10,109 nt of DNA from Sulfurovum sp. (GTDB lineage Bacteria > Campylobacterota > Campylobacteria > Campylobacterales > Sulfurovaceae): assembly GCA_002733355.1 (NCBI GenBank), contig NVVN01000006.1:45365-55473 (forward strand). The letters are read 5' to 3'. Below are positions 1-7,169 of the stretch, in pieces. Every line of letters begins with the position of its first letter. Position 1 is the first letter of the stretch. Under the pieces are notes generated by a model that was not told where the DNA came from, did no database searches, and saw nothing but the letters and a program-made list of their open reading frames with translations. The position numbers and the translations under genes were made by a program.

Positions 1-1943
1 ATAATATCTATTTTATTTTCTGCACCGTTGGTAGTGAACATTCTTTTGGATGCTGCATCAAATGCTACTATCTCACTTCCACCATCTAAAGTAGTTTTAA
101 ATGAACCTAGTTTTTTGAGCTTTGCATTAAAACTCTTAATACAATGTTCCGATGGAGCTAGCGTAGTTACTTCTTTTGCATTTGCTTCTTTGTTCTCTAC
201 ATAACGTACAAAACTCATCGCATAATCAAGGTAGGTATCAACACCTTCTCCTCTTGCCTCTTGGACAGATTTAAATGTCGCATACCCATCTTTTCCTGAA
301 GCAATATAGCTGTTTGTTACAATCACATACATTTTATCATTGTCTATAGTTGCCCATGTATTTGTAGCTCTATCTTTTATCTCAAGATTATAAATCCTCT
401 TATTTGCTTCTGCCGTTGTATCGATGTCATACTTAAGTCCATAGGCATAAGGAAAAGAACCCGTTGATCCACCATTATCTAAGTAGTTTGTAAGTGCATC
501 TTCTAGCACCTGTTTAATCTCTCCACCTTTCATTTCCAGTTCAAAGAGTGTATTGGCAAAAGGAAGAAGCTCATAGGCTGTTGCCATGCTTACATCTCCT
601 GCAGGAACAGAAATCCTTACCCCTCCAGCATTTTGGATACACGCATCTGCACGGTTACTTAGGTCATAAAATGATTTAGCGACTATGGGAGCTATCTGGC
701 TACCTAGAGGTAACTCGCTACCATTGACATCTCCATAGCTTGTCCCAGGGATTCTGATATGTTTTAAACTCTGCGTTGCTTTACCGATCACTTTTGCTTT
801 TTCTTCATCTACTTTGTTTTTGTAACTCTCGATAACCACTAAGGTTGTTACATCTTCTTCAACTATCTCAAGACTTGTATTGCCATTGATAAGTGTGAGT
901 ATTTTCTCTTTCTCTACAGCATCAACCTCTACCTTATCGCCATCCGTATTTTTTTGTAAAAATGTATCACCCACTAAAAGTATTGGACTCCCAGAACAAG
1001 ACTCTATATTCCCATCTTTGTCAAACTTCACATCTAAGTTACCAAGTACTTTTGCATATTGACCAGCTTGAACAATACAAACCTTTTTGCTGTCTTTTGA
1101 TGTTGCCATCGTTGGATAGTCACCCTCACTTGAGACAAAGGCTCCAAAATCTCCTAGAAAAGTATGTGAATCACCGCCTACTATCACATCTACGCCATTG
1201 AGTTTTGCAGCCATCTCTTTGTCATATTTATACCCTTGATGCGTTAAAAGTATGATTTTGTTCACACCTTTTTCTTTCAACTCATCGATGTATTTTTGTG
1301 CAGTAGTAATTTCATTTAAAAATGTAATTTCATCACTTGGGTTTGATGACTCTTTTGTTTTTTGCGATACAGTAATACCTACGATTCCTACTTTTTGACC
1401 ATCTACTTCTTTTATAACGTAAGGGTTCCACATATTTTCAAGTATATTCCCTGCATCTGGCACTACATTTGCAGAGAGTACTGAGATAGTACTATCAAGT
1501 CTGCCTATGAACGTTTTTAAAGCACTGTCCCCATCATCAAAAGAGTGATTACCCAAAACATATGCATCAAACCCTACCTTATTCATAGCCTCTGCATCTG
1601 CTTTACCTTTAAAAAGTGAATAATACAATGTCCCCTGAAACACATCTCCAGCATTCAGTGTTAAAGAGTTTGGTTTAGCATTTTTCAACTCTTTTACTTT
1701 ACTCACAATCCGTGGGTAGCCTCCTGTATAATAATATGTCTCCTTCCCTTCTAGAGCAAAACTTAACCTTTCACTGTCTATATGAGAGTGTGTGTCATTG
1801 ATATGAAAAATGGACATACTTAAAGGCTTACCTATTGGGGTTGGTGTTGGTGTTGGTACTGGGGTAATCTGTGTATCAGAATATTCACACCCTGCCATAA
1901 TCATACTCACTAACACTGCACTCAGATAGATTCTATTTTTCAT
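1..1943 (-). CDS. nadN: NadN/UshA-type 5'-nucleotidase lipoprotein fused to an additional C-terminal domain; 3' end truncated by the window
   Basis: Not in the ORF track because there is no stop in the window. ATG at 1943, RBS AAAGGA at 1957-1952. My translation: MKNRIYLSAVLVSMIMAGC (lipobox), PTPTPTP linker, metallophosphoesterase motifs HINDTHSH, NAGDVFQGTLYY, GNHSFD, LLTHQG, GGDSHT, and 5'-nucleotidase C-terminal motifs NAGGVR, LPFANTL, GSTGSFPY, YIASGKDGY. The frame is still open at base 1. Confidence 0.9.
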   Translation of the reverse strand, partial: MKNRIYLSAVLVSMIMAGCEYSDTQITPVPTPTPTPIGKPLSMSIFHINDTHSHIDSERLSFALEGKETYYYTGGYPRIVSKVKELKNAKPNSLTLNAGDVFQGTLYYSLFKGKADAEAMNKVGFDAYVLGNHSFDDGDSALKTFIGRLDSTISVLSANVVPDAGNILENMWNPYVIKEVDGQKVGIVGITVSQKTKESSNPSDEITFLNEITTAQKYIDELKEKGVNKIILLTHQGYKYDKEMAAKLNGVDVIVGGDSHTFLGDFGAFVSSEGDYPTMATSKDSKKVCIVQAGQYAKVLGNLDVKFDKDGNIESCSGSPILLVGDTFLQKNTDGDKVEVDAVEKEKILTLINGNTSLEIVEEDVTTLVVIESYKNKVDEEKAKVIGKATQSLKHIRIPGTSYGDVNGSELPLGSQIAPIVAKSFYDLSNRADACIQNAGGVRISVPAGDVSMATAYELLPFANTLFELEMKGGEIKQVLEDALTNYLDNGGSTGSFPYAYGLKYDIDTTAEANKRIYNLEIKDRATNTWATIDNDKMYVIVTNSYIASGKDGYATFKSVQEARGEGVDTYLDYAMSFVRYVENKEANAKEVTTLAPSEHCIKSFNAKLKKLGSFKTTLDGGSEIVAFDAASKRMFTTNGAENKIDI

Positions 1944-1979
1944 TTTATATTTCCTTTAGTATAATATTGTGATTATAGA

Positions 1980-2034
1980 ATCATAGTTTGTTTTAGTAAC
2001 AAGAGCACTACAAACTAGGGACAAAATGGTTACA
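1980..2034 (-). promoter_or_regulatory. Pho-box-like promoter of nadN
   Basis: Minus-strand hexamers TGTAAC (2034-2029), TGTCCC (2023-2018), TGTAGT (2012-2007) and TGTTAC (2001-1996) at an 11-bp period, then 10 bp, then -10 TATGAT (1985-1980). Confidence 0.7.
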
Positions 2035-2093
2035 TCTACTTATGACATAAAGTTAGATTTGTTATCTTATCAACACCTAAATTGTTGTTACAG

Positions 2094-4076
2094 TTACTTA
2101 TTTTCAAATACCTGTGGGTATACAAAAATGGGTAAATACTCTGCATCATAATTATCTCCCTCTTCATCTATAAGAGTTTTAACAATACCTACCCCTTTAG
2201 TAATACTCTCCTCATGCTTAAACGGTCGGTCTGTAATAATCTCACCTGTTTTATAAGGTGTGACATCATCTAAATGGGTAAAGGCTTCTTCCCCTTCTCT
2301 AAAATATTTAAAGGTAAAAGGCACCTTTGGAAAATAATCTTTCCCTTTTGTATATCTCTGTGTCACAACAACTTTTCTATAGTTCTTCACTGCTCCCAAT
2401 GATTCATCAAGCGTTGGATAAAGCAGTGGTGCTTCAATATATCCAAGTGAATTTAAATACGCTTTTTTAGCAGTAAATGCCCTTATAAGCTTTAAACGCA
2501 TTGCTTGTATCTCTTTTAAGTTCGCGACGGATTCAAAAGAGAGAGAAGGAAAGTCATCAGAGTACCCTTCTTCTTTCGTGATATGATCTTGAAGATATGC
2601 CTCCATAGAATCAGGCATATCTCCATACAAAGAGGCACCCACAACATGATTTAAAAAATACCTGTACTCGCCCATGTTTGCTTCACGATTGATGGGGTCT
2701 CCTCTATGTGAAGAACCTGCTGTTTGTGTTCCTGTTACCGATACATTGTGTTCATACCCAAGGTAATCCATCTCACCCCATCCCAAATCATCTGCAAACT
2801 TTCGAGAAAAAGACCATACAGTATCTATGGTATTTCCCGTTCCTGAGGTAAAATGTGGGGGTTCAAATCCATAGGTAGAACTGTGACATCCCACACATTG
2901 AAGTAGCTCTTCAGGGGTCTGTGCACGTAATTCTCCCTCTTTATCTTCAATAAAACCAGAAAGATACCATCCTGCTCCATTGTCTATCCATGTCTCTTCT
3001 TTATTATAATAGAGTTGTGCATCTTCTTCTTTTGCTACCACTTCTCCAGGAAAATACATCTTATGTTTATACATATATCGTATCTCTTTGACACGGTTTG
3101 CCCGTAATCCAGGGAACTTATTTTCACTGCTATTCCCATCTGCCTCTACATCTACATAGTGTAAAGGATGCGCAAATTCTGTGCCAAGGGGGAAAAGACC
3201 TCTGTCTACATTTACCTTGTTCGCCGCTCCCACATAATACTTCTCATCTTCTTTTACTCTGTCCTGTATGGCATGTTCAAGTAACTCAAGATTGCGTCTG
3301 TATGTTTTTAAATCATATAAACCTTCTTCATTTTTCATAAATATTTCAGCCATGCGAATATACACCCCACTGACACTTCCTGTATGTGGGGTAAAAATAC
3401 CATAGGGCATAAAATTGATGCTTCTCCACCCTGTGTTATATCCAAGTGCATCTTCAAACAGCATCTCATCTTTGCGTTGGGTTCTTACAAAACCATCACT
3501 GTCTGCAGGCAGTGATGAAGGGTTCAATGCAGGGAAAAGTCTAAAAGCATCATCTTCAATATGACTGTTGCTTACATTTTTTTGACCCTGCTTCTTGCTG
3601 TAGGCATTTTGCCAATTATCCTCTTTGAGATACTTTTTCATATCCCAGAGACTCTCATTGATATCCAGCAAACGAAAGGCTTCATTAAGTTTTTCAGGAT
3701 GAATGGTGTTTTCCCAAGGGTTGACATTAGGTGATTTGACAAATTCATTGATAGGCACAAAAGCATACTCTAGCTGTAAATTTCCTACTATTTTACTCGC
3801 ACCTGCTTGAAACAGACTATTGCCAAGTTTCATTGTTGCTGCAGCATTGGAGTGGCAGAAAAGACAGGCATTTTGTGTGCCGTGAGAAGTTTCTATATAA
3901 CACTGTGCTGGTATATTTGCATAAGGATTCTCAAAGTGTGTACGACTTTTAAACTCTCCAATCATGGCTATAGTCTTCGATACATTCTCTTCTACTGCTG
4001 CAATATCTTCTCCTATTTTACTATCACTGCATCCTGAAAAAAGAAATATTGTTAAAATCATACATATAGATTTCAT
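2094..4076 (-). CDS. Uncharacterised lipoprotein with two CXXCH haem c-binding motifs (putative dihaem cytochrome c)
   Basis: ~660-aa ORF. The ATG at 4076, preceded by GGGG at 4086-4083, is preferred over TTG 4082. Lipobox LFSGC; CLFCH at 3866-3852 and CVGCH at 2897-2883. Confidence 0.8.
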   Translation of the reverse strand: MKSICMILTIFLFSGCSDSKIGEDIAAVEENVSKTIAMIGEFKSRTHFENPYANIPAQCYIETSHGTQNACLFCHSNAAATMKLGNSLFQAGASKIVGNLQLEYAFVPINEFVKSPNVNPWENTIHPEKLNEAFRLLDINESLWDMKKYLKEDNWQNAYSKKQGQKNVSNSHIEDDAFRLFPALNPSSLPADSDGFVRTQRKDEMLFEDALGYNTGWRSINFMPYGIFTPHTGSVSGVYIRMAEIFMKNEEGLYDLKTYRRNLELLEHAIQDRVKEDEKYYVGAANKVNVDRGLFPLGTEFAHPLHYVDVEADGNSSENKFPGLRANRVKEIRYMYKHKMYFPGEVVAKEEDAQLYYNKEETWIDNGAGWYLSGFIEDKEGELRAQTPEELLQCVGCHSSTYGFEPPHFTSGTGNTIDTVWSFSRKFADDLGWGEMDYLGYEHNVSVTGTQTAGSSHRGDPINREANMGEYRYFLNHVVGASLYGDMPDSMEAYLQDHITKEEGYSDDFPSLSFESVANLKEIQAMRLKLIRAFTAKKAYLNSLGYIEAPLLYPTLDESLGAVKNYRKVVVTQRYTKGKDYFPKVPFTFKYFREGEEAFTHLDDVTPYKTGEIITDRPFKHEESITKGVGIVKTLIDEEGDNYDAEYLPIFVYPQVFENK

Positions 4077-4134
4077 CTTCAACCCCGATAATTTTTTTAA
4101 AAAAACCTCAATTTGCTTAAAAGTACCATCTTGG

Positions 4135-4161
4135 ACAAAAGAGGCATAATGCCTCTTTTGT
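4135..4161 (-). terminator. Intrinsic terminator-like hairpin after phoX
   Basis: Perfect 12-bp inverted repeat ACAAAAGAGGCA-TAA-TGCCTCTTTTGT, 4 nt past the phoX stop, with T4 runs on both strands. Confidence 0.75.
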
Positions 4162-4165
4162 TATC

Positions 4166-6037
4166 TTATTTGATACCTGGGATACCGCTAATGTACCCTA
4201 CAGGTGCATTGAATTTATCTATTTTTGGTGTCAATGCCGTCTTAAGTGCATCAGGTGTTGTTGATGTAAAGTCACCCAAGTGCTGTGCATTACTCATAAT
4301 GTATGCATAACCATTTTCATTGTCAACGACTTGCAAGCCTGTTGACTCTGCACCTGCAGGAAGAGAGAGTAGGCGAGAAAGTTTTTTTGTATCAACATTA
4401 TATGCCCATAAGAAGTTATTTGTATGTGTACCGCTGTCCTCACCTATAAAGAGCGTTCTCATTTTTTCAGAGAAGAACACATTATCTGTATTGGCAATAC
4501 TGTCAACTGCACAGGTATTACCTTTTGCATCTTCTGCGATAGCTTTGCCAAGTAATGCCGCAGGTACACTCATATTTATAGCTACATACTCTGAATCAAT
4601 AATATTCCCATCACTGTCTTTCTGTCCAGATGCCAACTGTATCTCATATGTTGCCCCACAATTGTTTTTAGCAATTTGTATGTCATCTTTAGGTGCATCA
4701 GGATCATTTAACATTCCATCCTTGATGTAAGACATAGCCATATAAAGTTTTTTATCTTTACTGTCAAATGCCACACCTTCCATCTTGTTCCATTCAGTTG
4801 TAGCACCCTTTATTGCAGCTAAACGTCTTGGCTCCAAAAAGGCTGCCACATTCTCTTTTCCGGTTTTAAGTTTTAAATACTCTATGCCATTGTGCCCTGC
4901 TCTGATTTTTGTATATCCAGCAGGCGTTGTACCATTTGCATCTGCTTCAGGGACAAAGTCAAATACATCTGCAAAAGTATGGCTGTCTGCATAACCTTTG
5001 ACCTCAGCATCTGTAGCATGCCCCAGTTTGATCCAGGAAAGGTTTGCCGATCCGCCATCAGAACCGACTACACTTGTTTGTGTCCATTTTGCAGCATAAA
5101 GCGTACCTGCACTTAGATCATTTACATTATCGGCAATATACATGAACATACCCACATTTTTACCATCATCACCAAAGTAGGCTGTTTTACCATCGCTCAA
5201 TACTTTTGACATCTCCCAAGTACCTTTTCCCATCGAGTAGTGTTTGCTAATGTTGTATGAAGCATCTTTTTTTACTTCTACTTCAGTGATAAATCCATAG
5301 TGATAGGGATTTGCTGTTTTTGTATTGTCAAAATAAACTTCACTCAGTGCTTTAATACCAGCTTCTCTTCTAGATTCATCTACACCCGCATTGTAATAAA
5401 GGTCATAGTCTTCTTCACTACCTAGATGTGTATTCCAGGGTGTTTGAGACCCAAAACATGGAATCCAAAGACCATCAACACTAGAAAAATCAAGTGGTTT
5501 TTGCTCTACAGCCTTAAGATTTCCGTTGGCATCTTGTTCTACGGATGTCAAAAGCATTCCCATTGGCATTCTTGAGTACCAATTTTCCTCTTTATATGCA
5601 CTGTTTCCATTTGCCAAAATCCAATCATACTCCAAGTGAGAAACAAGAAAAAGCTTACCATCAACATTTAGAAGAGAGTTAGCATCCGGGGTTTCTGCTA
5701 AAACATTTTTACCTTGAGGATCTAAAATGGGTTCCATATTATGGTTATATACCTGTCCCGCCTGATAAGCATTTGTTCCTACAGTATCTTTGATATTAAA
5801 GAGTGTATTATATGAGAGCGCGTGCTCTGTAAATTCGGTATCTGAAGTATATACACGCACTTTAGCCGATGAGTATGCTTTTGCCATGTCATCGTTTGTT
5901 ACTGGGGCATCCATCCCTATAAATTCTACCTTGGTTGCACTAATACCTACATTTTCATCTGTGATATCATCACTTCCACATCCAGATAAAACTAACGCTG
6001 ATGCCGCTGCGATTGATAGTAAAAAACATTTTTTCAT
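4166..6037 (-). CDS. phoX: PhoX-family (DUF839) alkaline phosphatase, lipoprotein
   Basis: 623 aa; lipobox VLSGC; PhoX-type motifs CFGSQTPWNTHLGSEE, YHYGFITEV, GDDG, GTLYAAKW, NKMEG, TDN, GEDSG, GAESTG and NAQH; RBS AAAGGAGA at 6050-6043. Confidence 0.9.
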   Translation of the reverse strand: MKKCFLLSIAAASALVLSGCGSDDITDENVGISATKVEFIGMDAPVTNDDMAKAYSSAKVRVYTSDTEFTEHALSYNTLFNIKDTVGTNAYQAGQVYNHNMEPILDPQGKNVLAETPDANSLLNVDGKLFLVSHLEYDWILANGNSAYKEENWYSRMPMGMLLTSVEQDANGNLKAVEQKPLDFSSVDGLWIPCFGSQTPWNTHLGSEEDYDLYYNAGVDESRREAGIKALSEVYFDNTKTANPYHYGFITEVEVKKDASYNISKHYSMGKGTWEMSKVLSDGKTAYFGDDGKNVGMFMYIADNVNDLSAGTLYAAKWTQTSVVGSDGGSANLSWIKLGHATDAEVKGYADSHTFADVFDFVPEADANGTTPAGYTKIRAGHNGIEYLKLKTGKENVAAFLEPRRLAAIKGATTEWNKMEGVAFDSKDKKLYMAMSYIKDGMLNDPDAPKDDIQIAKNNCGATYEIQLASGQKDSDGNIIDSEYVAINMSVPAALLGKAIAEDAKGNTCAVDSIANTDNVFFSEKMRTLFIGEDSGTHTNNFLWAYNVDTKKLSRLLSLPAGAESTGLQVVDNENGYAYIMSNAQHLGDFTSTTPDALKTALTPKIDKFNAPVGYISGIPGIK

Positions 6038-6064
6038 TTCTTTCTCCTTTTTGTATGTTTCAGG

Positions 6065-6119
6065 AGTTTACAGAACAATAGTTACACAAAGATATCAATT
6101 TCGCAACATAATGGTTACA
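6065..6119 (-). promoter_or_regulatory. Pho-box-like promoter of phoX
   Basis: Minus-strand hexamers TGTAAC (6119-6114), TGTTGC (6108-6103), TGATAT (6097-6092) and TGTAAC (6086-6081) at an 11-bp period, then 10 bp, then -10 TAAACT (6070-6065). Confidence 0.7.
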
Positions 6120-6149
6120 GTAAAAGGTGCTGTGTAGGACTTCAAGTAG

Positions 6150-6182
6150 TGTTATCAGTCTGTTATAGTTTCACTATATGAT
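6150..6182 (+). promoter_or_regulatory. Pho-box-like promoter divergent from phoX
   Basis: TGTTAT (6150-6155)-N5-TGTTAT (6161-6166)-N10-TATGAT (6177-6182); same spacing as the other three promoters and the same -10 as the nadN and sRNA promoters. Confidence 0.5.
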
Positions 6183-6216
6183 ATCACAATAAATAGAGAA
6201 AAAAAGGAGATTTAAA

Positions 6217-6234
6217 ATGCCATTTGAACTATAA
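6217..6234 (+). other. 5-codon mini-ORF (MPFEL*) with a strong RBS; micropeptide or gene remnant
   Basis: AAGGAG at 6204-6209, a 7-nt spacer, then ATG CCA TTT GAA CTA TAA; lies downstream of the promoter at 6150-6182. Confidence 0.3.
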
Positions 6235-6245
6235 GTTATTTACAG

Positions 6246-6275
6246 AAGAGACAGAAAGAAGACCATCTCTTTTTT
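6246..6275. terminator. Probable (possibly bidirectional) terminator hairpin
   Basis: On the minus strand AAGAGAUGG/CUGUCUCUU (9 bp, 2 G-U) follows the stop of the histone-like gene. On the plus strand the AAGAGA/UCUCUU stem is followed by a U run. Confidence 0.45.
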
Positions 6276-6277
6276 AA

Positions 6278-6565
6278 TTATTTTTTTGCTTTCTTAGAGC
6301 TTGTTTTTTTCACTGTAGGTTTTTTAGCCACTTTTTTTATTACAACTTTTTTTGTCACTTTCTTCTTTATTGCTTTTGCTATCATTTTCTTCGCAACTTT
6401 TTTCACTTTTTTCTTCGCTGTAAGTTTTTTCTTTACAAGGGCTTTGGTTACTTTTTTGACTACGGCTTTAGCTTTTTTCTTCGTTACAATTTTTTTAGCT
6501 ACTGCTTTTTTAGTTACATTCTTTGCTACTCTTTTTACTGCCTTTTTCTTTAACACTTTTGCCAT
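6278..6565 (-). CDS. Lys/Ala/Val-rich histone H1-like basic protein
   Basis: 95 aa; 43 Lys and 1 Arg, with no Asp, Glu or aromatic residues; repeated (V/A)(A/T/V)KK units; RBS AAGGAG upstream of the ATG; has its own consensus promoter. Confidence 0.75.
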   Translation of the reverse strand: MAKVLKKKAVKRVAKNVTKKAVAKKIVTKKKAKAVVKKVTKALVKKKLTAKKKVKKVAKKMIAKAIKKKVTKKVVIKKVAKKPTVKKTSSKKAKK

Positions 6566-6624
6566 GGGTGGCTCCTTATATGATTTTAATCATATTACCT
6601 ACTAGATAGTAATATAATATAGTA

Positions 6625-6653
6625 ATTATATACTTTTAAAGATAGTATGTCAA
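6625..6653 (-). promoter_or_regulatory. Perfect-consensus sigma70 promoter of the histone-like gene
   Basis: TTGACA (6653-6648)-N17-TATAAT (6630-6625) on the minus strand. Confidence 0.75.
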
Positions 6654-6687
6654 TAAATACTGTTATTTCCCTATAATATATGGTATT

Positions 6688-6710
6688 ATTTTGGTTACAT
6701 TTTGGTTACA
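6688..6710. promoter_or_regulatory. Perfect 11-bp tandem repeat (ATTTTGGTTAC x2); Pho-box-like operator
   Basis: GTTACA at 6694-6699 and 6705-6710, the same hexamer and period as the phoX/nadN arrays; lies between a plus-strand TATAAT (6672-6677) and the RBS of the HTH gene. Confidence 0.6.
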
Positions 6711-6720
6711 AAGGAAAAAA

Positions 6721-6993
6721 ATGACCTTTATTGAATTTAAAAAACAACTCCTTGATGCAGAAATAAGCTTGCCTAAGTTTTCTAAACTGATTAAGGTGAG
6801 TGAAAAAAATCTACAATCTTATAAAAAAAAAGGGGTAGTGCCTAATGCCATCGCCGTCTCCGTAACGTGTTTTGTCCATATGCATCATGCTGGATTGGAT
6901 TATCGCACCATTATTGAAGAGCTTAAACTAGAGGCCAAAACAAAAAAAGGTTCTGGCTTTGCAAAAAAGAAGAATAAACACGCGACAAAGTAA
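6721..6993 (+). CDS. Small Cro/XRE-like helix-turn-helix protein
   Basis: 90 aa from ATG 6721 (RBS AAAGGA just upstream; preferred over TTG 6691). The segment MTFIEFKKQLLDAEISLPKFSKLIKVSEKNLQSYKKKGVVP fits the Cro-type HTH pattern; basic C-terminal tail. Confidence 0.7.
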   Translation: MTFIEFKKQLLDAEISLPKFSKLIKVSEKNLQSYKKKGVVPNAIAVSVTCFVHMHHAGLDYRTIIEELKLEAKTKKGSGFAKKKNKHATK

Positions 6994-7047
6994 TATATTT
7001 AGTACGCTTCTCTAGTAAATCCACCAAAGTAAACATATAATAATTAT

Positions 7048-7163
7048 AGAAAGCTAACGGAATCATCTGGACATAAAGTGCACTTTGAATTGGCAAATAT
7101 AATATCTTATGATGAGGGGAGGCGTTTGAGAAGATAGGTCCAGTATGACTCCGTTAGCCTTCT
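7048..7163 (-). ncRNA. Candidate structured small RNA (~116 nt)
   Basis: 25-bp closing stem (7163-7138 with 7072-7048) with 23 Watson-Crick pairs, 2 G-U pairs and one bulged A; the G-U pairs form only on the minus strand. Two internal hairpins and a C-rich loop. The 5' end coincides with the predicted TSS of the upstream promoter. Confidence 0.6.
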
Positions 7164-7169
7164 GATAAC

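Noticed and set aside
880..1201. Plus-strand ORFs 880-1062 and 962-1201
   Set aside because: Antisense shadows of the long nadN frame; no recognisable RBS or motifs.
1838..1866. TGGTGT-type short tandem repeat
   Set aside because: Encodes the in-frame Pro-Thr linker after the lipoprotein anchor; not a CRISPR or phase-variation tract.
1972..1977. TATAAT as the nadN -10 box
   Set aside because: Possible secondary promoter, but TATGAT at 1985-1980 matches the 10-bp spacing seen at the other three promoters.
3098..6137. Short plus-strand ORFs opposite the cytochrome-like gene and phoX
   Set aside because: They lie largely or wholly antisense to well-supported genes, mostly with non-ATG starts and no protein-like motifs.
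6278..6565. T-rich low-complexity tract as a DNA repeat or assembly artefact
   Set aside because: Explained by Lys codons in an intact frame with RBS, promoter and downstream hairpin.
6929..7066. ~45-codon minus-strand ORF (MIPLAFYNYY...) starting in the 3' arm of the hairpin
   Set aside because: No RBS, the start codon is buried in the stem, and it overlaps the HTH gene antisense.
7048..7163. Reading the inverted repeat as a MITE, tRNA or simple terminator
   Set aside because: Single copy in the window, no clear target-site duplication, no cloverleaf, a 65-nt structured interior and no U tract. Strand-specific G-U pairs and a promoter at its 5' end favour an RNA, though a terminating role between the convergent genes is not excluded.
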